A stretch of DNA of 63,577 nt, counting the filler, from Dugesia japonica (taxonomy: Eukaryota), in assembly GCA_001938525.1 (NCBI GenBank). It is 6 parts of 6 records of this genome, joined end to end, with 100 filler letters (N's around TTAATTAATTAA, not from the genome) between each part and the next. Parts side by side here need not be neighbours in the genome. Positions count along the whole stretch, not along the records: positions 27,122 to 40,000 come from MQRL01599083.1; 5 more parts are not named here. The stretch is one strand, 5' to 3'. The notes under the pieces were generated by a model, which was given only the letters and a program-made list of their open reading frames with translations, did no database searches and was not told the origin of the DNA. Each line of letters opens with the position of its first letter. Positions within the stretch are counted from its first letter, which is position 1. The position numbers were made by a program, and so were the translations under genes. Shown here one piece after another: positions 27,122 through 37,416 of the stretch.

Positions 27122-27480
27122 AAATGTTAAATGCGAAATGTTAAATGCGAAATGTTAAATGTGAAATGTAAAATGTTAAATGTGAAATGTAAAATGTGAA
27201 ATGTTAAATGTGAAATGTAAAATGTGAAATGTTAAATGTTAAATGTGAAATATAAAATGTTAAATGTTAAATGTGAAATATAAAATGTTAAATGTGAAAT
27301 GTAAAATGTAAAATGTAAAATGTAAAATGTGAAATGTTAAATGTTAAATGTTAAATGTGAAATATAAAATGTTAAATGTGAAATGTAAAATGTTAAATGT
27401 TAAATGTTAAATGCGAAATGTTAAATGCGAAATGTTAAATGCAAAATGTCAACTACTAAAATATTTCAAATGTTAAATTT
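27122..27480 (+). repeat. Left inverted-repeat arm: tandem heptamer array AAATG(TT/TG/TA/CG)
   Basis: Continuous 7-bp periodicity plus one interrupting motif AAATGTCAACTACTAAAATATTTCAAATG (~27444-27472). Confidence 0.92.
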
Positions 27481-27492
27481 TTTCTATAGAAA

Positions 27493-28113
27493 ATGAGTGC
27501 ACAGAAAAAAGTTATTGAAAAAGAAAAAGTAACATCTGAATTAACTTTAGTTACATTAATGAAATCAATAAAAATTTTTGATAAAACAGAAGAGTTGAAT
27601 ATTAATGATTTAAAAGAATATTTAAAAATTGATTTAACAAAAAAAACCGCAGAAAGCTATTTAAAATATCTTAATGATTTGTATTTAAAATAAGATGAAT
27701 TAAATTTAACACAAAAAATTAAAAATTTGTTTAAAAAGATAATAACTATTGTTGTTACAAAATATACAGAAAGTGAAAGTCGTGGTTTATTACTTGAATT
27801 ATTAAATGAAAGAAACGAAGCATATTTAAAAATTATTGAAAAACAACACGGAGATCACCAAAAAGAAAGAGATGAACATAATATAGCTTTAGTAAAATTA
27901 AAAGAAAAAGCAAAACCAATAAAAATTAATGATGTTATATTATCAGTTTATTATTCTCCTAGTGAAAAGAAAAATTTAACCAGTAAACGTTTTAATGATT
28001 TAGTTGAAAATTTAGATCTAGATAATCTTTCAACTGAAAAATTTACTCGCCTACCAGCTTTAAAAGAAATTACTGGAATTAATAGAGTACATGCTAAAAA
28101 AGATTCTAAATAA
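27493..28113 (+). pseudogene. Polinton orphan ORF (~206 codons, K/E-rich helical) with one premature stop
   Basis: Track ORFs 27493-27693 and 27727-28113 are in the same frame, separated by TAA 27691-27693; start context TATAGAAAATG. Confidence 0.65.
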
Positions 28114-28114
28114 A

Positions 28115-28423
28115 ATGGATACAGTTTTCTATAAAATGTTAAATGAATATAATTTTAAAAACAACTCTATTAAAAATTTTTGTAAAGTAAATAATGTCAA
28201 CGAAAAAACAGTAAAGAAATATTTAAAGAAATGGAATATTGATTATAATAANNNNNNNTGGGATCCATCTAGAAATTTACAAAGAAATTCATATGGAAGT
28301 TTTATTTCTGTAATTGATAGATTTGGAAAACAAGCAATAATTAAAAAAGTTTATGATGGTAAAAATAATTATCAAGAATTATTAAAAGAAATGAATAATT
28401 CAAAAAAGTATACAGTAACATAA
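28115..28423 (+). CDS. Polinton small basic ORF, possible helix-turn-helix protein
   Basis: ATG at 28115 (TAAAATG overlapping the previous stop); SIKNFCKVNNVNEKTVKKYLKKW is HTH-like; contains a short gap. Confidence 0.5.
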   Translation: MDTVFYKMLNEYNFKNNSIKNFCKVNNVNEKTVKKYLKKWNIDYNXXXWDPSRNLQRNSYGSFISVIDRFGKQAIIKKVYDGKNNYQELLKEMNNSKKYTVT

Positions 28424-28545
28424 GATATGATAAGCTAAGATAAGATAAGATATGGTTTATAGTAACACAATAGTAACGCAAAATACAATAAAATATAACA
28501 GCGAAGCCAACATAGTGACAATACATTAAAATATTTCTTTATAAA

Positions 28546-29581
28546 ATGGACAGTATAGATTTAGATGATAATATTCAATTTTCACATACAGCAATTAAAA
28601 ATGATATAATTAAAATTTCACCTTCATCAGGTTCAATTAATAATTTAAATTCAAATGGTGATATCGTATTTCAATCTCTCCAATCTACAAATCCATTAGA
28701 CATTTGCAATTCATTATTATATTTAAGAATTGAAGTTACAATTCCAGAAGCATCAAAAGATAAAATAAGCCTGGAAAATAATTTCTTTCCAAGTTTATTT
28801 AAATCTATGAGATTAACATTAGGTTCATCAAATGTAGAAACTATAAGTGATCCAGGTGTAGTTTCAACAATGTTAAATTTAATAACTACAACCGAAACAT
28901 GGAAAAAACAATATGGACAATTATCAGGTTGAATACCAGATGTTGATAATGGAGATTTAAAAAATAAAAGTTATGATATTAGAAAGAAACTTTATAAGAT
29001 TAATAAATTTGAAGGTTACTTTCAATTAAGAAATCTATTTGGATTTATGCAAAATTATAATCGAGTTTTATATAATACAATGATAGAATTTACATGTAAT
29101 AGTCAAATGGAAGATAAATTAGTATTTTATGGAGAATAATAATCTATTCATTCAAAAATCTACAATAATCACAAAAAGTGTTGCACCAGCACCAGATGTA
29201 CCCAAAAATTCTTATTTAAAAGGTATACAATTACAATTAAATAATACTTATTATCCAATTAATGAATGTAAATTTAACATGGAAAATAATAAAATGGTTT
29301 ATCCTTATATGAATTATATAAAATGTTGTCATGAATTTTTTACAGAACCACAATTATCATTTTTAGATTATAGTAATTTATATCAAATGTTTTGTTTTGA
29401 TACAAGTTCTCACGATGACAAAATGAATATTAATAATGTTGATGTCACACTTCACATAACAAAAGATCCAGATTTAAAAGGAACTCTTTATTGGTGTATT
29501 CTTGAAGAAAAANATATTGAAATGAAATTAGCAAATAATAAAATTGTTTTGATTGAAAATTTACGTGGAATAAATGTCTAA
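28546..29581 (+). pseudogene. Major capsid protein (double-jelly-roll/hexon-like), disrupted
   Basis: NLNSNGDIVF, SLLYLRIEV, LENNFFPSLFKSMRLTLG...VETISDPGVVSTM, SG*IPD, LRNLFGFMQNYNRVLYN, then after a frame change IQLQLNNTYYP, YQMFCFDTSSHDD, VDVTLHI. Motif order matches Polinton/adintovirus MCPs, but the central part appears missing. Confidence 0.8.
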
Positions 29582-30956
29582 TAAGAATTTCTTGTGTAAT
29601 AATTGTGGTAAAATATTATTAAAGAAAAACAAATCAAGACATTTAGATTTATGTATTAATCGCGTAACCCAAAAACAAAAAAAGAAAGGTGGTGATAGCG
29701 AAGCCGAAGTCGTAGGCGGAGATATCGAGCTAATGCGAGCACAAACAGGAGGTGACTTACAAAATTCAAGTGTAATATTTTCATTATTAAAACCTATAAC
29801 AACAGAAAAATATCCAGGAGAAAGACACTTGTTTAAGCATAATTATACAGGACCAGGAACTAGATTAGATATTAGATTAGATTCTGAAGGTAATCCAAAA
29901 CCTGGTGAAGAACCAATAAATCAAATTGATGCCGCTGCATTAAAACATGATTTAGCATATGCTAGTGAAGATATCTGAGATCGTCATATTGCTGATGTAA
30001 ATTTAATACATGATCTTAATAATATTGAAAATCCTACATTAACAGAAAAATTTCAAAGAGCTCTTGTAAAATTAGCTATGAAAGGTAAAATAATGATTGG
30101 TCAGGGTCATAAAGGACAAAGAAAAAGTAAAATTATTAAAGATGAATCTGAAGACGATGAGGATGAACCAGGACAAATATTATCAAAAGAACTTCATAAA
30201 GATTATAGAAAAACTAAACATTTTAGAAAAGTAATTGTTTATGAAAAAGATGATATTTGGTCTGCAGATTCAATATTTCAAGGCACAGAACGTAAAGGTA
30301 AAAATGTAATGTTAACAGTTATAGATCTTTATACAAGATTTGCTTTTATTGAACTTTGTAAAAATAAAACTGGAAAAGAAATAAGAGATGCATTTGAAAG
30401 AATTCTTGATAAAAATAATAGAACACCAAATAAATTATGGGTTGATCATGGTAAAGAATTTTATAATTCAACATTTAAATCTTTTTGTAAAAATAATAAT
30501 ATTGAAATCTATTCAACTCAAAATAAAGGTAAAGCTGTTGTCATTGAAAGATTTAACCGAACTTTTAAAAATAAGCTTTTTCAACATTTTACTGCCGTTG
30601 GATCTCAAGATATTACCGAAGTGCTAATAAATAAAATTGTTGATGATTACAATAACACTAAACATTCTAGTATTAATATTACACCTCAAGAAGCAACAAA
30701 AAATCCAGAAAATGTTGAAATTGAAATTCCAAAAGTTTATCCCAATATTATTAGATTTAATATTGGAGATCGAGTAAGAATTACTAAAATTGGAAAATCA
30801 TTTCCTAAAGGTTATACTTTTAAATNGTCAAAGAAAATTTATATAATTACAAAAATATTTCATGAACAACCATTAACATTTCAAATCTCAAATCTTAACG
30901 GCGACAAAATAATTGGAAGATTTTTTACAAATGAATTACAAAAAACTGCTTTATAA
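29574..30956 (+). pseudogene. Zn finger + parvovirus-type phospholipase A2 + retroviral-type (rve) integrase fusion, one in-frame TGA
   Basis: CNNC-x12-H-x3-C; HNYTGPGT...PINQIDAAALKHDLAY (PLA2 Ca-loop and HD motif); TGA 29976-29978 reads through in frame (DRHIAD...NPTLTEK) into integrase with D (WSAD), D (LWVDHGKEF), E (IERFNRT), YNNTKHSSI and FNIGDRVRI. Confidence 0.92.
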
Positions 30957-30961
30957 AAAAG

Positions 30962-31138
30962 ATGGATCACTTAGAAAATTATATGTTTGAAAATAACTGC
31001 ACCGATTCAAGTAAATATGAAGATTTATTAAAAGATTATATTGGAGAAAATCATGTTAAAGATTTATCATATGAAGCATATCAAAATATGGTTAAAGAAA
31101 ATGACTTATATCTGGAACAAAAATATTACAAAGTTTAA
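30962..31138 (+). CDS. Small acidic 58-aa ORF between integrase and ATPase
   Basis: MDHLENYMFENN...QKYYKV*; fills the intergenic gap; preceded by TTTATAAAAAAGATG. Confidence 0.4.
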   Translation: MDHLENYMFENNCTDSSKYEDLLKDYIGENHVKDLSYEAYQNMVKENDLYLEQKYYKV

Positions 31139-31873
31139 TAATAAAGTCCTTCCAAATAATTTTAGATTATTAATAATTGGTTCTTCAGGTTCAGGTAAAA
31201 ATTTTTTATTAATGAAAATGCTCCTGACACCTGAATTTTTAGATTATGATAATTTAATTATTTATTCAACAACTATCAATCAATTTGAAATTCAATTATT
31301 ATATCTCGGTTTAGAAAATGGATTAACTAAAGAAGAAATCAGTTTAATATTTGAAAAACAAAATATCATTCCAAATATTTATAATACTCCACATCAAGTT
31401 ATTCAATATTTCTTAGAGAAAAAATTAGTTACTAAAAAATCAAGATAAATAATGGGTCCCCACTGGGTAGATGTTACTTTAAGTAATAAACCTGATGAAA
31501 TAATTTCTTGTGATAAACTTTCTAAAGATAAGAACAATCTTATAATATTTGATAATGTAGTTAATGAAAAAAATCAACAAGTACAAAAAAGTTATTTCAT
31601 AAGAGGTCAACATTCAAATTGTAATGTAATTTATATTTCACAAACATATTATCATTTAGATAAAAATTCTATCATAAATAATTCTAATTGTTACATTTTC
31701 TTTAAATTAAATAAAACTGATAGAGATAATGTTTATCATGAATTATTTTNNNNNNNNNNNNNNNNNNNNNNNNNNNNNNNNNNNNNNNNNNNNNNNNNNT
31801 ACATTGGAAAACTAAATATAATTATTTTTATTTAAATAAAGAAACTGATGAAATGTTAGATGATTTATTCTGA
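31101..31873 (+). pseudogene. A32-like (FtsK/HerA superfamily) genome-packaging ATPase
   Basis: Walker A RLLIIGSSGSGK, Walker B LIIFDN, YFIRGQH (cf. RGRH), IYISQTYY; in-frame TAA at 31446-31448; after the gap the likely end is HWKTKYNYFYLNK...DDLF*. Confidence 0.9.
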
Positions 31874-31895
31874 ATGCTGATGAAATTTAGGTAAT

Positions 31896-32900
31896 TTATT
31901 TTGATTCAAAATATAATTTAATTTTACTAAAGTTTTTTTCAATTTTTCTAAATGACCAATCTGATTTTAAAACATCTAAATAATTTCTTGCGAACCGATG
32001 AAATTTAATTATTTTATTTACATAATTAATTTTTATGTTTATACCAATTTTATGTAAATGATTTTCTACATTATCATTACTTTTTAAAAATTTTTTCATT
32101 GTTTTTAAATAGTAACCTAATTGATAATAACTTATTAAAGTAATTCGTTTTCCAATATTAACATTATTATACCAATATTTAANATTATCATTTAAAGTTA
32201 CTAAACTTATCTCTAGGTTAGTTTCATTTTCTGGAGCTGTTATTACATTTTCTAAATTAAATGTATTAAGAGTTATTTCATTATTTATTGATTTTATAAA
32301 TTCTTTAATAATTTCATCTTCATCATTTTGAAGATATTCAATTGCATTTTTTTTCATTGTATTTTCATCATCAACAATTTCATTTTCATTTTGAATTTCA
32401 TTTTCATTTTCATTTTGTATTTCAACAATTTCATTTTCATTTTGAATTTCATTTTCATTTTCAACAATTTCATTTTCATTTTCATTTTGAATTTCAACAA
32501 TTTCATTTTCATTTTGAATTTCATTTTCATTTTCATTTTGAATTTCATTTTGAATTTCATTTTGAATTTCATTTTCATTTTCATTTTGAATTTCATTTTC
32601 AATTTCATTTTCAATTACACTTTTATTTTCATATTCAATAATTTCTTCAATTACAATTTTATTTTCATTTTCAGATTCAGATTCAGATTTAACATCTTCT
32701 TCTATAAATTTTACACCTCTAACTTTTTGTACTTTAGCTTGATTTCCATAGATAGATTTATCATTCCAATATTCTGGTTTTAAATTATTCAATCCATTCC
32801 ATTTACTTGTTAATGGTGAAGATTGTAAAAATAGATTAATTTTATATGCACAATGTTTACAACATAATTCACAAATCACTTTTCTAAGTTTTTCATTCAT
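31896..32900 (-). CDS. Polinton ORF with a central acidic (EIQNEN)n repeat
   Basis: 334-codon ORF: N-terminal CELCCKHC, repeat tract ~32340-32640, basic helical C-terminus. Confidence 0.7.
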   Translation of the reverse strand: MNEKLRKVICELCCKHCAYKINLFLQSSPLTSKWNGLNNLKPEYWNDKSIYGNQAKVQKVRGVKFIEEDVKSESESENENKIVIEEIIEYENKSVIENEIENEIQNENENEIQNEIQNEIQNENENEIQNENEIVEIQNENENEIVENENEIQNENEIVEIQNENENEIQNENEIVDDENTMKKNAIEYLQNDEDEIIKEFIKSINNEITLNTFNLENVITAPENETNLEISLVTLNDNXKYWYNNVNIGKRITLISYYQLGYYLKTMKKFLKSNDNVENHLHKIGINIKINYVNKIIKFHRFARNYLDVLKSDWSFRKIEKNFSKIKLYFESK

Positions 32901-32952
32901 TATCGATTTTCTATAATAAAAATTTAGTCTAACCTGTTAGCATGCTACCAGA

Positions 32953-33543
32953 TTATTGTATTCCTAGCTTAGCGCGCATTTCATTAATTACTTTAGATTG
33001 ATTTTCTAATATTAATTTTATATTATCATCTTTAGATTTTTTATTTTCAGATATCAGCTCATGAACATCATTTACCATTTTCTTAGAAATCATTAATTCT
33101 TCATCAGTTAAAATTTCATCATTAACAACTTTCTGTTGAAATACGAATAGTTTATTGTTAACACATTTAAGTTTTCTAATTAATTTTTCATATCTTTCTT
33201 TTCTAGATTTTATTAATGAAGTATTTAATGTTCCAATTACAGGTAAAACTGAAATTGAACCAGTTATAATTGTAACTCCTAATGCAGCAAAAGCCGCTCC
33301 AACTGGAGTAATTAATACTATACCAGCAATTCCAATTCCAGCAGAAATAAATATTTGTGTATATTTTATACCTGAATCTATTCTATTCCATCTTTTTTGT
33401 ATTTTCTTATTATGTTTAATTTTATCTTTAATATAATAAAGATCATTTTCAAAATCTTTAATTCTAGATAATGCAAGTTTATTTTTTAAATCTAGAATCG
33501 TATAATCTTCATGCAGGCTAGGATATTATTTTTCAGTGTCCAT
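32953..33543 (-). pseudogene. Polinton/adintovirus-type two-TM coiled-coil membrane protein (not in ORF track)
   Basis: MDTEK*YPSL...KKIQKRWNRIDSGIKYTQIFISAGIGIAGIVLITPVGAAFAALGVTIITGSISVLPVIG...KLFVFQQKVVNDEILTDEEL...; stop at codon 6, otherwise open for ~190 codons. Confidence 0.75.
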
Positions 33544-34975
33544 TTTCTTTACAATAAATTTGATTAATAAAAATTCTTTTTGGTAAAGTTATTTCTATAA
33601 AGTTTACATTTTCTTCAAAATATATATTAGCAATAACAAAAAAATATTTATTATTAGTCTCAATATATTCTTTTGGAGCATTATTATTTGTTTTAATGGA
33701 ATATTTAATATTTTCATTATCTGAACGACCTTCTATTCTAAAAGTAAAAAAAAATTTAAAAGGTAAATATAACTTTATAGAAATAACAAAAGGTTCTTCA
33801 AGATAAAAATATAATGAATATAAATCAGATTTTATTTACCTTTTCTTTTAAAATCTATTCTTTCTACTTTTTCACTAATATAATAATAACGAAGAATTTT
33901 TTCTTCAACTATAAAAACCTTAAATATTATGTCAGAAGCTTTTTCATTTTTAAAAGGTAAGTAATTATCAATTAACTCTTTTATACTTTTAAGTGTTAAC
34001 TCATCGCCATTTATAGAATAAGTTTTTATTAAATTATCAATTCTTATAATTTGAATATTATGGATTTCTGGGTTTATTCTTTCATATTCTTTAATTATTT
34101 CATCAGGAATTTTAAATATATGAATTTTAATATTTAAATTCTCTAAATAAATTTCTTTTGGTAAAATTATTTCAATATAATTTATGGTTTGCTTTGCGAT
34201 TTCTATGTTTTCTCTATAAATGTTAAATATTTTAGATGCACATAAAAATGAAACAGCAATATGATTTATTTTAATGACATACGTAAATTTTTCAATCTGA
34301 CATTTACCATCTATAGTTATAATAAGTTTTCTTTTAATATTTACATGTAAAACAATATGTTTACCTTTTCGTTTAAAATCAAAATCATTTACATATTTCT
34401 CCATATAACTAAATTCTTGATTAGAATTAATTGAAAATATTTCATCAACATTATTACTTTTAACATATGGTAAATAATTATCAAACATTTCTCTTAAAGG
34501 TTTTAATGTTACATCTGAAAGTTTTTCTTTATAATTTTTAAATAAAAGATTAAATCTATCAAAATGTATTTTATGAAGTTTAGATTTTATAATTTCAAAT
34601 TCTTTAGATAATCTATCAATAATTTCAAATTTAAATAAGTTAACACTTAATTCACCTAAATTAAGTTTTCCTAGTAAAACTATTTCAATATAATTTATAT
34701 TTACATCTTTATTAATTTCTGTGCTATTATGAAAGATATCCATTATATTATTAGTATTTATAAATGATTTTATAATATTATTAATTTTAATTGAGTAATT
34801 ATAAATTGCATAAATATTAGATACTCCAGAAATTTTTATAGTAACTTCTTCATTTAACTTTGTATGTAAATAAATACAAAAAGGTTTGTCACGATAAAAA
34901 GAAAACTGTTTAGGTATAAAATTACTTCTTTTAAAATCTAAATTCTGGACATATTTTTCCATAATACTTTTCACC
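33533..34975 (-). pseudogene. Protein of three tandem ~180-aa domains; frameshift at ~33835, 5' end probably deleted
   Basis: Repeats begin MEKYVQNLDFKR, MEKYVNDFDFKRKGK and SEKVERIDFKRKGK; shared motifs Y.IK.N, N(Y/F)IEI.L and TLK...E..DNYLP (repeats 1 and 2). The third repeat continues in a shifted frame to ...VNFIEITLPKRIF...NGH* at 33533. Confidence 0.7.
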
Positions 34976-37340
34976 TTCTTCTCCAGAATATCCACCTCTA
35001 ACTCCACGTTCAAATTTTAGGAAAGTATCATAAGTTTCTTGTTTAGCAAATTTTAATTTTTGTTTTGTAAATATCATTCCAGCTTGCCATGTTAAACCTG
35101 ATGCGGTATAGCAATAACATGGATCTATTTTATAAAATTCTAAACATATCTTTCTAAAATTTTCTACATAATCTGCTAGAATCAAAACATCTAATTTCAT
35201 ATAGTGTAACATATAATCCCAAAGATTTTTTTTATCTCGCATATCATTTAAAAATTCTTGATAATCATTGTCAGATATTCCTTTTTGTTTTAAAACACTA
35301 AAGAAATCATCTTTTTTTGGAATTTTTTTTTNNNNNNNNNNNNNNNNNNNNNNNNNNNNNNNNNNNNNNNNNNNNNNNNNNNCATAATCATATGGAAAAC
35401 TTGCTTTTTTAGGTCTTAAATCATGAGATGTTAATATTTCATGATTTCCTGATTTAATTAGTGTTTCACCCATTTTCTCAACTGAAGTTTTACATATTTT
35501 AAAAGAATCTAGAAATCTAATATTTTTATAATGAAATGAAATATATTGATCGTCAGAATGTGGAATTATTTTCTTTATTTCTTTTGGATGTTTCTTTAAA
35601 AGTTGTCTAAAAAATAAATGATTATCATATCCCATTGCATTATGAAAGTAACATGGTATAAATAAATTACTTTTATCTTGTTGATTACAATTTGAATGTG
35701 TATAACCACGGAATTCACCATTAAAATTATTGTATTCTTTAACTGGATCTTTTACGATTGGTTTTTCACAATAATAACAATTTGTGTTAGATACATATTC
35801 TGGACATGGTCCTATAATATTGTCACGCAACCTTTTAAAAATAACATCTTTAAATTCTTTATTAATATTTTCAAGAAACTCTATCAAAGCATTAACTACA
35901 TTTTTTCCTGAGAAATGATAGTATTTACTTTGTATTAAATTTGGATAATCTGATTTGAAATATACACCTAAACTTATTGGTTCTTGAATAACATTTTCTT
36001 TTGTGAAACACTCAAAATCACAATACATTACAAATGGTATTTTATTTTTAAAATAATTATTTTTAAATTCAAAATATTCCTCTCTAGGAAATTTTACTTT
36101 TAATGTTTTATGATGAATACATTCTTTTTGATGTTTTAATAAAACTTCTTCAGATGAATATTGATTCATACATCCGAGACATAAATGATTACCTTGTGAT
36201 ATATTAAGTAAAGTATGTACATTTCTAACTAATATATAATGACTTTTATAAAGTAATAAATTACATTTATTATCTTTAGGATTCGTTTTACATCATAATG
36301 TTTAATACGAATTGGTCTAATTTTAAATTTTCTATTTAATTAAAAAAACATTTATTTTAAAATTATTTAACTTTTCTAATTTCTTTACATCTTCAATTGC
36401 TGATGGAAAATTAATTCCTTCAGTTTTTAATTCTGGTAAATGTTTGATATAATTATTTACTCTTCTCGCATTATGAAAAATATGTTTATATGCGAGAACT
36501 GAATATAATAAACATTTATCATCTCTGTTTTCAATATTAATAACTCCATATTTCATTATTTCATTTGGTAATTCACAATAAGTATAAGAACCGCCAACTA
36601 ATGATTGATATTTTTTTAATTCTATTTTAAAATTAATCATATGATTAAAGTTCCAATTAGATTCACTTCGATCTTTATCTCGCATAAAATTTTCTACCTG
36701 TTCAAACATTTGATTTAATTTTTTAGGTATTNNNNNNNNNNNNNNNNNNNNNNNNNNNNNNNNNNNNNNNNNNNNNNNNNNNNNNNNNNNNNNNNNNNNN
36801 NNNNNNNNNNNNNNNNNNNNNNNNNNNNNNNNNNNNNNNNNNNNNNNNNNNNNNNNNNNNNNNNNNNNNNNNNCTAACAATTTCTTCTATGTGTGGTCTA
36901 ATCAATTCAGTTGATTTTAATTTATAAACTTCAACATCTCTTGTCATATATAATCTACTATTTAAATAAATATCAATATTATAATATGGATATGTTTCTT
37001 CATTAAAAACATGTTTAATATGACTTGGTTTTGTTTTCCAATTTTTTAATAATTTTTTAACTAATAACATATGCCTATCACTTTTACAATGTTCATTTAT
37101 TAATTCTTCATTTGCAAAATGTTTATCACAAATTTCACAATATAAANNNNNNNNNNNNNNNNNNNNNNNNNNNNNNNNNNNNNNNNNNNNNNNNNNNNNN
37201 NNNNNNNNNNNNNNNNNNNNNNNNNNNNNNNNNNNNNNNNNNNNNNNNNNNNNNNNNNNNNNNNNNNNNNNNNNNNNNNNNNNNNNNNNNNNNNNNNNNN
37301 NNNNNNNNNNNNNNNNNNNNNNNNNNNNNNNNNNNNNCAT
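34975..37340 (-). pseudogene. Protein-primed family B DNA polymerase, N-terminal and exonuclease portion only
   Basis: C2H2 finger YCEICDKHF..EHCKSDRH, GGSY..LP...INIENRDDKCLLYSVLA, ExoI YCDFE, EndoVII-like CYYC...FRGYTHSNCN, ExoII HNAMGYD, FLDSF, FPYDY, ExoIII YMKLDVLILAD, DPCYCYTASGLTW, ERGVRGG; stops before the polymerase motifs; two gaps and a frameshift. Confidence 0.92.
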
Positions 37341-37416
37341 TTTTATTTTCTTCTTTTTTTATTATAAACAATTTAATCATACCTCTTAAATTTCACCTCT
37401 TAAATTCTTATGTTGA

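Noticed and set aside
27122-27480. Host telomere
   Set aside because: Not a TTAGGG-type G-rich repeat; the units vary, and the inverted counterpart is internal and flanks viral genes.
32328-32783. ORFs encoding (FH)n, (IF)n and (MK)n peptides
   Set aside because: Alternative-frame shadows of the hexamer tract inside the EIQNEN gene.
33155-33436. Plus-strand 93-aa ORF
   Set aside because: Antisense shadow of the minus-strand 2-TM gene.
27493-33543. Alternative genetic code or programmed readthrough in the Polinton (in-frame TGA/TAA in five genes)
   Set aside because: The stops are of mixed type, appear to replace different residues (e.g. W, R, L), coexist with frameshifts and deletions, and TAA/TGA also end genes normally; ordinary decay explains them.
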